This document shows, piece after piece, positions 48,956-60,131 of a stretch of 64,000 nucleotides of DNA. The DNA lies in assembly GCA_022450525.1 (NCBI GenBank), contig JAKUQA010000001.1, positions 87,038 through 151,037 on the forward strand, in the 5' to 3' direction. Under the pieces are notes generated by a model, which worked only from the letters and a program-made list of their open reading frames with translations, searched no databases and had not been told where the DNA came from. The DNA is from Dehalococcoidia bacterium (lineage in GTDB: Bacteria; Chloroflexota; Dehalococcoidia; Lucifugimonadales; UBA6952). The translations under genes were made by a program, and so were the position numbers. Numbering within the stretch: position 1 is the stretch's first letter; each line of letters starts with the position of its first letter.

Positions 48956-49438
48956 TTATCCCTCTCTTATCTTTTCACCAGCTTTGACTACGGCTCGGAC
49001 TATTTTGTCATAACCTGTGCATCGACATAGATTATTTGCTAACCAAAACCTAATTTCTTCCTCGGTTGGATTAGGATTTGTATCTAATAGAGCCTTAGAT
49101 GCTATTAGAAATCCTGGAGTGCATATTCCACATTGTAAAGCAGCTTCTTCAAGAAAGGCTTGTTGTACTGGGTGGAGTCCTTCGGGTGAAGCCATACCTT
49201 CTATAGTGGTAATTGTTTTACCATTAACTTCAACTCCAAGAACCAAGCAACTAGTAACAATTCTGTCATCTAGCATTATAGTACAAGCTCCGCAGTTCCC
49301 ATCATTACAACCTTCTTTTGTTCCAGTTAGTCGTAAGACGTCTCTAAGACATTCAAGAAGACTTTGTCTTGGTTCACATAGAAATTCTGTGTCCTCTCCA
49401 TTTATTGTGCAACGTACATATGTTTTTGATTGTGTCAT
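48956..49438 (-). CDS. [2Fe-2S] small subunit of the Mo-hydroxylase (CoxS-like)
   Basis: 160 aa. Cys patterns CNDGNCGACT and CGICTPG...CRCTGY. Confidence 0.9.
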   Translation of the reverse strand: MTQSKTYVRCTINGEDTEFLCEPRQSLLECLRDVLRLTGTKEGCNDGNCGACTIMLDDRIVTSCLVLGVEVNGKTITTIEGMASPEGLHPVQQAFLEEAALQCGICTPGFLIASKALLDTNPNPTEEEIRFWLANNLCRCTGYDKIVRAVVKAGEKIREG

Positions 49439-50352
49439 TATGCTTCCTTGGCCCTTTCTATAGCTGTTATCAAAGCTCTTCTAGTGAGAACTTCACAAAG
49501 ATGTTGTCTAAATTCTGCAGTACCTCTCATATCGCTTATAGGTTTAGAAGCATTTTTAGCCATATTTGATACTACTCTAATACTTTCATCATTTATTTCT
49601 TGCCCAGAGACTTCTTTATCAATGCCGTCCACAAAAATTGGGGTTGGCCCAACTGAAGCAAGGGAAACCCTTACAGATTCGAAATTCTTTTTATTAGAAC
49701 TCAAGGTTACTGAAACGCCTGTGCCTACAACAGCAATATCCATTTCATTTCTTGGTATAAATCGGATGTAATTAGCTCCAGATAAATCTGACTTTTTTGG
49801 TATTGTGATTGAAATAAGAAGTTCATTTGGCTCAAGTACGGTTTGGCCTGGACCTGAGAACAAATCTTCTAATGCTATAGTTCTTTCTCCATTAACGCTT
49901 TGTACATTACATGTTGCGCCCAGAGATATTAATAGAGGTACCGAATCAGCACTTGGAGCAGCATTACAAATATTTCCCCCAAACGAGGCTCTTCCTTGTA
50001 TTTGGGTACCACCAATGATAGAGGCAGAATCTTTCAATTCTGGGCGAAGATTCATAATGTCATCATTGTTATATATTTTGTAACAAGGGATCGCAGATCC
50101 TATTGTTAAATCATTATTTGAATTAATATTTACTTGGTTTAGTTCAGGTATTGATTTAATGTCAATGATTTGACCCGGATTAATGCGGTCTGCTCTCATT
50201 TTAACAATTAAATCAGTTCCTCCTGCTAAAATACCTGCATCTTTTTGATGTTCATTAAGTAGAGATAAGGCTTCAGCAAGGGTTTCTGGACTACTATAAT
50301 CTATCCATTTCAATTCAGCACCCCCCGGTTTCATATTGAAAAACTTTGCCAA
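49438..50352 (-). CDS. FAD-binding medium subunit of the Mo-hydroxylase (CoxM-like)
   Basis: 304 aa. LAGGTDL FAD-binding motif. Overlaps the coxS-like start by 1 nt (TAATG). Confidence 0.85.
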   Translation of the reverse strand: MAKFFNMKPGGAELKWIDYSSPETLAEALSLLNEHQKDAGILAGGTDLIVKMRADRINPGQIIDIKSIPELNQVNINSNNDLTIGSAIPCYKIYNNDDIMNLRPELKDSASIIGGTQIQGRASFGGNICNAAPSADSVPLLISLGATCNVQSVNGERTIALEDLFSGPGQTVLEPNELLISITIPKKSDLSGANYIRFIPRNEMDIAVVGTGVSVTLSSNKKNFESVRVSLASVGPTPIFVDGIDKEVSGQEINDESIRVVSNMAKNASKPISDMRGTAEFRQHLCEVLTRRALITAIERAKEA

Positions 50353-50466
50353 TAAGGCTTTTTTGGCGATATGGCGAGAATTATATCATATTTTTTTGTT
50401 GATATCACAAGCTATAATAACAATTGTTTTGTATAAATTTTAATAATTGGGTAGAAAAGATTTAGT

Positions 50467-51201
50467 ATGGATAAAACTTATGAATGTATAACCTTTGATT
50501 TATGGCAAACTCTCATAGTAGATCAACAAGAATGGGGTAAAACACGTTCGGATGTACGTATAAATAGTTCTTACGAAATACTTAGAGAGAATAATATTTC
50601 TGTAGAATTAGATCAAATTACACTTGCTTATAAACAAACTTATGAAGAATGTGATGAGCTAAGAAAAAATGGTGTAGATATATCTTTTCGAGATCAGGTT
50701 TTAATGTATTTATCATTTATCAAAGAGGGAATTGTTGAAGAGTTAAGTGAATCTTCTATCAGAAAAATTATAAATGATTATGGCTTTGCTTTTTATGAGG
50801 CCCCACCTGAATTGGCAATAGGTGCATTAGATATACTTGAGTACGCCCAGTCTAAGCAGTTGAAAATAGGTTTAATTTCTAATTCTGGAACGACACCAGG
50901 GATAATTGTAAAAGCATATTTAGAGCAACTAGGAATACTTGAATTTTTTCATTCTATGGTTTTTTCAGATGAATTATTGATTAGCAAGCCATCTGGAAAA
51001 ATATTTATGAAAAGCTTAATTGATTTACAAGTTATGCCTGAAGACACAATCCATGTAGGAGACAATTTATATTCAGATATTCATGGCGCTATAAGTAATG
51101 GCTTAAGTGCAATATGGATAAAAGGGTATGATAATAGAGATATTATAACTTCTCCGACACATACAATTGAAAGATTGGAAGAAATCAAAGATATAATTTA
51201 A
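50467..51201 (+). CDS. HAD-superfamily hydrolase
   Basis: 244 aa. Motif I (ITFDLWQTL), motif II (SNS) and motif IV (GDNLYSDI). Confidence 0.7.
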   Translation: MDKTYECITFDLWQTLIVDQQEWGKTRSDVRINSSYEILRENNISVELDQITLAYKQTYEECDELRKNGVDISFRDQVLMYLSFIKEGIVEELSESSIRKIINDYGFAFYEAPPELAIGALDILEYAQSKQLKIGLISNSGTTPGIIVKAYLEQLGILEFFHSMVFSDELLISKPSGKIFMKSLIDLQVMPEDTIHVGDNLYSDIHGAISNGLSAIWIKGYDNRDIITSPTHTIERLEEIKDII

Positions 51202-51226
51202 ATTCAAAATTATTGTCAGAAAAACA

Positions 51227-51255
51227 TTGACGTTATTGAAGGGAATTGGTAATAT
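51227..51255 (+). promoter_or_regulatory. Sigma70-like promoter TTGACG-17 nt-TAATAT
   Basis: Read directly from the sequence. It lies about 75 nt upstream of a terminator-like hairpin. Confidence 0.4.
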
Positions 51256-51330
51256 TGTAGTTCAGTTTAAATTTGGAGTGTGAATTGACAATAATTTTAG
51301 TCTAACATAAAAGATTTAAAGACCAGACTT

Positions 51331-51369
51331 AAGGCGGTGCTAGAAGTTTCTGGCAGCGTCTTTATTTTT
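51331..51369 (+). terminator. Intrinsic-terminator-like hairpin followed by TTTATTTTT
   Basis: AAGGCGGTGCTAGAAGTTTCTGGCAGCGTCTT forms a stem of about 13 bp (one mismatch, G-U pairs) followed by a T-run. It could end the HAD transcript or a short transcript from the 51227 promoter. Confidence 0.55.
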
Positions 51370-51590
51370 ACCTTAATAATTGAATAGTTTTTCTTAATAT
51401 AAGAGTAGTTCCTAACTAAAGGTTTATCTCCAGTTAGTTAGAGAACTATAAATGACATTGATGATTCCCTACAATGCGGATTCATTAATGTTGAAGTTGA
51501 CAAAAAGAATGAAGAATTTTAATTCTTCATTTCTCGAAAACAAAACTAATTTTTATTAGTTTCTGTCTTTTTTTCTGTCAGGGATTTTTT

Positions 51591-54593
<3,003 letters not shown>

Positions 54594-54679
54594 AAGAAAT
54601 TTCATACAGAAAAGGATACAGAAACTAGGTAAATTAAGAAAAGTAACGCGTGTGAGAGGATTATACTGATTATTAACGG

Positions 54680-54754
54680 CGCGGGGTGGAGCAGTGGCAG
54701 CTCGTCGGGCTCATAACCCGAAGGTCGGCGGTTCGAATCCGTCCCCCGCTACCA
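54680..54754 (+). tRNA. Initiator tRNA-fMet (anticodon CAU), CCA encoded
   Basis: CGCGGGGTGGAGCAGTGGCAGCTCGTCGGGCTCATAACCCGAAGGTCGGCGGTTCGAATCCGTCCCCCGCTACCA. Initiator hallmarks are present: an unpaired 1:72 position (C1/U72), A11:U24, and three consecutive G:C pairs in the anticodon stem. Confidence 0.9.
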
Positions 54755-54786
54755 ATTTACCCTTTAAGAAAAACTATCAATTGTGA

Positions 54787-54818
54787 AGAGAACCTAAAAA
54801 TCAGGTTCTCTTTTTTTT
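54787..54818 (+). terminator. Rho-independent terminator after tRNA-fMet
   Basis: AGAGAACCT aaaaatc AGGTTCTCT followed by T8. Confidence 0.85.
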
Positions 54819-54837
54819 GGTTTTGAAGGAAATGCTA

Positions 54838-54856
54838 TGTAACATGATTGTAACAT
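54838..54856 (+). repeat. Copy 1 of the exact 19-bp element TGTAACATGATTGTAACAT (GTAAC-n6-GTAAC direct repeat)
   Basis: Identical to 54930..54948. It abuts a possible -35 position for the TATATT at 54880-54885. Confidence 0.9.
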
Positions 54857-54929
54857 ATAACGAAAACCACCATTAATTTTATATTTATGTATTTTAATCG
54901 CTTGTCTATTGCTTTTTTCGTTTTGGGTG

Positions 54930-54948
54930 TGTAACATGATTGTAACAT
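54930..54948 (+). repeat. Copy 2 of the exact 19-bp element TGTAACATGATTGTAACAT
   Basis: Lies 92 bp downstream of copy 1 and ends 28 nt before the PII-like ATG. Confidence 0.9.
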
Positions 54949-54976
54949 TTAGTTGAGCTTTGAAAGGAGTATATTA

Positions 54977-55336
54977 ATGATTAAAGTTGAAGCTGTGGTT
55001 AGGCCAGAAAAGGTTAATCAGGTTCTTAATGCATTACAAGAAGCTGGATGTGGTGGATTTCATTATGGAAATGTAACTGGTCAGGGAAAACAACAGGGAG
55101 TAGAAGTCTTTACTGGACGTGGTGGACAATTAGTAAATAGAGCTGCTATGCCTAAAACTGTTATTACAACGGTTATTTCTGATGACAAAAAAGATGCTGT
55201 AATTAATGCTATCTTAGAATCTGCCAGAACTAATGGAGGATCCGTTGGTGACGGAAAGATTTTTCTTAGTAAAGTAGATGAGGCAATTCGTGTAAGTTCT
55301 GGTGAATCAGGAGAAATTGCTATTTCAAAGGCGTAG
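54977..55336 (+). CDS. PII-family nitrogen signal-transduction protein with an atypical T-loop
   Basis: I moved the start to the ATG at 54977, after AAAGGAG. MIKVEAVVRPEKV...GDGKIFLSKVDEAIRV..GE matches the PII fold. The T-loop reads GQGKQQGVEVFTGRGGQ and contains no Tyr. Confidence 0.8.
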   Translation: MIKVEAVVRPEKVNQVLNALQEAGCGGFHYGNVTGQGKQQGVEVFTGRGGQLVNRAAMPKTVITTVISDDKKDAVINAILESARTNGGSVGDGKIFLSKVDEAIRVSSGESGEIAISKA

Positions 55337-55361
55337 ATTACGTACTATACCTCTTAAATAT

Positions 55362-55396
55362 AAAAAGGGAACGTAACTTATCACGTTCCTTTTTTA
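55362..55396 (+). terminator. Rho-independent terminator after the PII-like gene
   Basis: AAAAAGGGAACGT aacttatc ACGTTCCTTTTTT followed by ATTT. Confidence 0.8.
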
Positions 55397-55459
55397 TTTG
55401 CATTCTGCTAAATCTTGGATAATAATAGCCCTAATTATTTAACCATGGTGGAGGTTATT

Positions 55460-56080
55460 ATGAATTCAAGAAGTTTGGCGAGTTGGTTTTTGATTATCGG
55501 TCCAATTTTGTGTTTTGCAACATTTCCTTTTTGGCCTCAGATGCCTACTGCATCAGAAGAATTGATAGAATTAGTGAAAAATAGCCAACTAAGTCTCCTG
55601 CTTATGATTTCATTTGCTACAGGTATGACACTTTTATTTTGTGGTCTTAGTATGGCATCGAGAGAGGTTGCAGGTAGTGATACAAAAAATTCTTCATTAG
55701 CTATACCTGCAGCAATATTATTCCCAATAGCCATGGCAGTAATAGCTATTGGCATTGCATTGAATATAGGAGCTCTTCAGATGTATGAAACATCACCAGA
55801 TATGGCCCAGTCTGTTTATTTAATTGGTTATTATTCATTTGAAGGAACTGGAGTGTGCTTATTTTTATCTTTTGCTTTACTAGGAACAGCACTTATTACA
55901 GGATATGAAAGTATGATCTGTAAGATTATCGGTGCGTTATATGTAGTAGTTGCAATTGCCCATTTTACAGGTCTATTTTTTACTCCAAATAGTACAGTTG
56001 ACGTTGTTGGATGGATGGGTATGTTTATTGTTTCGATACTATTCGGGATTGTTTCTTTAAGAGGTCAAACTCAAGAGTAA
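55460..56080 (+). CDS. Hypothetical integral membrane protein (about 6 TM)
   Basis: I moved the start to the ATG at 55460, after GGAGG. The protein is hydrophobic throughout and I recognise no family. Confidence 0.5.
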   Translation: MNSRSLASWFLIIGPILCFATFPFWPQMPTASEELIELVKNSQLSLLLMISFATGMTLLFCGLSMASREVAGSDTKNSSLAIPAAILFPIAMAVIAIGIALNIGALQMYETSPDMAQSVYLIGYYSFEGTGVCLFLSFALLGTALITGYESMICKIIGALYVVVAIAHFTGLFFTPNSTVDVVGWMGMFIVSILFGIVSLRGQTQE

Positions 56081-56099
56081 TTTTAAAATATTTCTAATT

Positions 56100-56140
56100 A
56101 AACAGGGTGGGTTTTGAGTAATCTACCCTGTTTTGATTTT
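56100..56140 (+). terminator. Hairpin plus T-run between convergent genes
   Basis: AAACAGGGT ... ACCCTGTTT followed by TGATTTT. Confidence 0.5.
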
Positions 56141-56149
56141 ATAAAAGTC

Positions 56150-56806
56150 TCAATTGTTTTTTTGCCATTCTATGTACCGAGAAGGTTCAAGTTTGTTATT
56201 TTGATAGCGATCATATAATGAATTAAATTCTTCAGTAACTTTATTCGTTAATATGGCGATACTTTCATTATTCATAATCAATAAATCAGAAGCAGGCTCT
56301 CTTTCTTGCCAAGATTTTTGACTAGCTATTCTTTGCATAGCTTCTTCTTCAGAAAAATTATTTCTTTTCATTAGTCGATGTAGCGCAATTTTTTCATCAC
56401 AACCTACAAGCCATGTTACATCGGTCCATTGACTATAACCCGCTTCTATTAAATTGACTGCTTCTAGTACCCCTATTCCGTTTTCTGGAAGTGTGTTTCT
56501 CCAACTCAGTATAGTATCGTGGATTGCTTCAGATATGTTACCAATTGAACTTGTAAGAAGTTTCATGGCTTCAGGTTTTCCAAAAACTTTAGCACCTAGC
56601 TTTTTACGGTCAATAAATTCATCGGATTGAATTATATCATTTCCAAAAGCTTCTATAATTCTGTAATATGCTGGTTTTCCTGGTTCATACAAAGCATGAA
56701 CAATTTTATCAGCATCGCCATGGATGGCACCAAATCCTGTAAGTATTTCAGAAACCGCACCCTTTCCAGAAGCAATTGAACCTGTTAAACCAATAATAAG
56801 TGGCAT
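56150..56806 (-). CDS. coaE: Dephospho-CoA kinase
   Basis: 218 aa. IGLTGSIASGKG P-loop at the N-terminus, with family-typical order of motifs. Confidence 0.8.
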   Translation of the reverse strand: MPLIIGLTGSIASGKGAVSEILTGFGAIHGDADKIVHALYEPGKPAYYRIIEAFGNDIIQSDEFIDRKKLGAKVFGKPEAMKLLTSSIGNISEAIHDTILSWRNTLPENGIGVLEAVNLIEAGYSQWTDVTWLVGCDEKIALHRLMKRNNFSEEEAMQRIASQKSWQEREPASDLLIMNNESIAILTNKVTEEFNSLYDRYQNNKLEPSRYIEWQKNN

Positions 56807-56858
56807 TTATTCCTCGATATATTAAATAACATCGATAATACTATTTTGAATGTATTTT

Positions 56859-57587
56859 TTATAGAGGTCTTTTTGAAGGTATCCCATTTTTTCTTGGATA
56901 TCTATTTTCAGTGCTATTTAACTTTTGTATTTTGATTACTACCTTGTCGTTATCCAAAAAAGACGAATTGATTTTATGTATATAAAGAGAAGACCCTCCT
57001 AGTAAATGACTTATTTGGTTGAGATTTTCATGATTACTGATTAAATCTTCCTTACTATAATCCAATAAGATTCCATTTAATTTTACTAGAGGTATTCCAT
57101 ATTCGAGTAAGGTGGAAATTTTACTTACAGCTCTTGCTGTAACTAAATCAAAAGACTCTCTATATAATTCATTTTGTCCTATTTCTTCAATTCTTTCTGA
57201 AATAATTTCAACATTTGTTAATTGTAATTCTGTCGTTATATGTTGAAGAAATGTACATTTTTTCTTTGAGCTTTCAATTAGGGTCAATTTACTCTCAGGA
57301 TAAAGTATTTTTATTGGTATTCCAGGGAAACCAGCGCCTGTTCCTATGTCACATATACTAAAATTAGGAGATATTATGGTATTGGAAAAAGGTATAGCAG
57401 AAATCGAATCAAGGAAATGAAGGGTATATATGTCTTTCATTGTATTAATAGCGGTAAGATTGAACTTAGAATTCCAACTGATTAATTCTTCGGCAAAATA
57501 CTGGAACTGAGCTGCCTGTTGATCTGTCATAGATAGATTTAATTCCAATAAACCTTCTTCTAAAATCTTGCTATTATTGTTCTTCAT
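56859..57587 (-). CDS. rsmG: 16S rRNA (guanine527-N7)-methyltransferase RsmG/GidB
   Basis: NLTAI...FLDS... and the SAM motif ICDIGTGAGFPGIPIKI. I moved the start from the track's 57698 to the ATG at 57587, because the N-terminal 37 aa have no homologue-like content. Confidence 0.75.
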   Translation of the reverse strand: MKNNNSKILEEGLLELNLSMTDQQAAQFQYFAEELISWNSKFNLTAINTMKDIYTLHFLDSISAIPFSNTIISPNFSICDIGTGAGFPGIPIKILYPESKLTLIESSKKKCTFLQHITTELQLTNVEIISERIEEIGQNELYRESFDLVTARAVSKISTLLEYGIPLVKLNGILLDYSKEDLISNHENLNQISHLLGGSSLYIHKINSSFLDNDKVVIKIQKLNSTENRYPRKNGIPSKRPL

Positions 57588-57742
57588 GGATATATGTAAC
57601 CTTGATCGACTATTTGTTGTCAACAAGGTTTGTATTTGATTGACACTCCTATTGTAGGTAATTAGAATATCATTTACACTAATTCTATATATACTCACTA
57701 TATAAAATTTTGTGATGAATATAAATCCAAGGAGATTGTGAA

Positions 57743-58900
57743 ATGGATTTCGAATTTTCTACAGAATATGAAGATTTTAGAAAAGAATTACGCGCATTTG
57801 CAGAAAATGATATGCCCGAGGGATTTGATCCTGATGAAGCAGATAAAGACGAGATTCAAGGTATTCGACAAAAAATTGCTAAAAAGGGTTGGTTAACTTT
57901 ACCTTGGCCTGAAGAATATGGAGGAATGGGTGCTCCTCATCTAAAGCAAATGGTTTTTAATGAAGAAACAGCATATAGAAGAATTCCTGCAAATGATAAT
58001 GCTATTTCAATGCTTGGACCTATATTGATGTTAGAAGGCACAGACGAGCAAAAGCAAAAGTTTTTACCACCAATAGCCAAAGCAGAAGTACGTTGGGCAC
58101 AAGGCTATAGTGAACCTCAATCTGGTTCAGACTTAGCTTCTTTACAGACTAGAGCTGTTGAAGATGGTGACGATTTTGTTATTAACGGTACAAAAATATG
58201 GACTTCTGGCGCGCATGAAGCCGATTGGTTATTTATGTTAGCTAGAACTGACCCAGATGCTCCTAAACATAGAGGTATTAGTTTTTTACTTGTTGATATG
58301 AAAGCACCAGGTGTTGAAGTTCGACCTATCATTGATATGGCCGGAAGACATAATTTCAATCAACTATTTTTTGACAACGTGAGAGTACCAAAACAAAACT
58401 TAGTAGGCGAATACAATAGGGGTTGGTATGTTGGAGCAAGATTATTAGACTTTGAAAGATCTGGAGTTAATAGGTCTGCATCGGCTAGAAGAACCTTAGA
58501 AGAAATTACAGATTTTGCAAAAAATAACACATTAAATGGCAAAGCTATGTCATCAATTTCCCGAGTTAAAAATAATCTGGCTAATATGGCAATAGAAGTA
58601 GAAGTAAGCAGAATGATTTCCTATAGAATTGGTTATTTACAAAGCAAAGGTGAAGTATTTAACAAAGAAGCATCTATGGGGAAAATGTTTGGTACTGAAA
58701 TGGTACAGAGAATTTATTCTGCAGGAATGGATATGTTGGGTCTATATGGCACCTTGCAACAGGGTAGTAAATATGCTCCACTCAATGGGAGAATACAAAA
58801 AGGATATTTAGCATCCTATAGTGCAACTATTGCTGCAGGAACATCAGAAATACAGAGAAATGTTGTAGCCACAAGAGGATTAGGATTACCTCGAGCTTAA
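57743..58900 (+). CDS. Acyl-CoA dehydrogenase (catalytic Glu present)
   Basis: 385 aa. GYSEPQSGSDLASL and a C-terminal GTSEIQRNVVA motif. Confidence 0.85.
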   Translation: MDFEFSTEYEDFRKELRAFAENDMPEGFDPDEADKDEIQGIRQKIAKKGWLTLPWPEEYGGMGAPHLKQMVFNEETAYRRIPANDNAISMLGPILMLEGTDEQKQKFLPPIAKAEVRWAQGYSEPQSGSDLASLQTRAVEDGDDFVINGTKIWTSGAHEADWLFMLARTDPDAPKHRGISFLLVDMKAPGVEVRPIIDMAGRHNFNQLFFDNVRVPKQNLVGEYNRGWYVGARLLDFERSGVNRSASARRTLEEITDFAKNNTLNGKAMSSISRVKNNLANMAIEVEVSRMISYRIGYLQSKGEVFNKEASMGKMFGTEMVQRIYSAGMDMLGLYGTLQQGSKYAPLNGRIQKGYLASYSATIAAGTSEIQRNVVATRGLGLPRA

Positions 58901-58926
58901 ACAGTAATTTATATCTGGAGTAAATA

Positions 58927-60105
58927 ATGGATTTTAAATTTAGTACAGAAGAAGAAACTTTTCAAAACGATGTTAATGGTTTCTTGAAACAAGAACTTCC
59001 GAGTGATTGGACAGGTGAAACTGCTTATGCATCGAGTGATGATGGCTGGAACTTTAACCTTAAGATGAAAAAAAAGTTAGCGGAAAAAGGTTGGTTAACT
59101 TTAGGATGGCCTAAAGAATATGGAGGCATGGAAGCTTCTATTATGAGCCAAGTTCTTTTTAACGAACAAATGGCATATAACCGCGCTCCAGGGATAGATA
59201 TCTGGGGAATTAAAATGTTAGCTCCAACACTGATGGTTCATGGTACTGAGGAACAAAAGCAAAGATTTTTACCACCTGTTGCTAATGGAGAAGTTCAATG
59301 GTGTCAGGGTTATAGTGAGCCAGGATCAGGATCTGATTTGGCTTCACTACAAACACGGGCTGAGGTAGATGGTGACGAATATGTTGTCAACGGTACAAAA
59401 ATATGGACATCTAATGGGCATAGAGCAGATTGGATAATATTGTTAGCTCGAACAGATACTGATGCACCAAAACACCGTGGAATAACAATGTTGCTTGTAG
59501 ATATGAAGACACCAGGTATAAGTGTAAATCCAATAGTAAATATGGCTGGTATGCATGAGTTTAATCAAGTTTTCTTTGATAACGTCCGTGTACCAAAAAG
59601 AAATTTAGTTGGAGAAGAAAATAGAGGTTGGTATGTCGGTGCAACATTATTAGATTTCGAGAGATCTGGGGTTCAGTATTCTGCTGAAGCAAGAAGGACG
59701 ATTGATGATCTAGTGGGTTTTATCAAAGATAATCCTTCCTCTAATTTTGATTTATCAGGTAGAGAGCATTTAAGAAACCGTTTAGCTGATATGGCGATTG
59801 AAACTGAAGTAAGTCGAATGATTTCATATAATATTGGATTTATGCAAAGTCAGGGATTTGTACCAAATAAAGAAGCATCAATTTGTAAGTCTTTTAGTAC
59901 AGAAATGGAACAAAGAGTTGCTGAAACAGGAATGCACATACTTGGTTTGTATGGGCAGCTTACCAGTGATTCAAAATGGGCTCCTTTACGGGGTAGAATT
60001 GAAAGAACTTTTTTGCGTCATCACTCAGCTACTTTGGCTTCGGGCACATCAGAAATACAGAGAAATATAATTGCGACACGTGGCTTAGGTCTTCCACGTG
60101 CTTAA
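58927..60105 (+). CDS. Acyl-CoA dehydrogenase, close tandem paralogue of the previous gene
   Basis: 392 aa and collinear with the previous protein (GYSEPGSGSDLASL; GTSEIQRNIIATRGLGLPRA). Confidence 0.85.
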   Translation: MDFKFSTEEETFQNDVNGFLKQELPSDWTGETAYASSDDGWNFNLKMKKKLAEKGWLTLGWPKEYGGMEASIMSQVLFNEQMAYNRAPGIDIWGIKMLAPTLMVHGTEEQKQRFLPPVANGEVQWCQGYSEPGSGSDLASLQTRAEVDGDEYVVNGTKIWTSNGHRADWIILLARTDTDAPKHRGITMLLVDMKTPGISVNPIVNMAGMHEFNQVFFDNVRVPKRNLVGEENRGWYVGATLLDFERSGVQYSAEARRTIDDLVGFIKDNPSSNFDLSGREHLRNRLADMAIETEVSRMISYNIGFMQSQGFVPNKEASICKSFSTEMEQRVAETGMHILGLYGQLTSDSKWAPLRGRIERTFLRHHSATLASGTSEIQRNIIATRGLGLPRA

Positions 60106-60131
60106 GGTATTCATAATTTAAGGAGAAAATC

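Noticed and set aside
54594-54679. Looked for a 5S rRNA gene after the 23S gene, and for a 16S gene before it (51202-51590).
   Set aside because: The spacers are too short and too AT-rich. They lack any 5S or 16S conserved segments that I recognise.
54838-54856. Reading TGTAACATGATTGTAACA as a TnrA/GlnR (MerR-type) site (TGTNAN7TNACA) or an NtcA site (GTAN8TAC).
   Set aside because: The element is 18 nt between the outer TGT and ACA, one more than the 17-nt TnrA site. The second half reads GTA rather than TAC at the NtcA spacing. The element is a direct repeat, not an inverted one, which fits OmpR-type recognition better.
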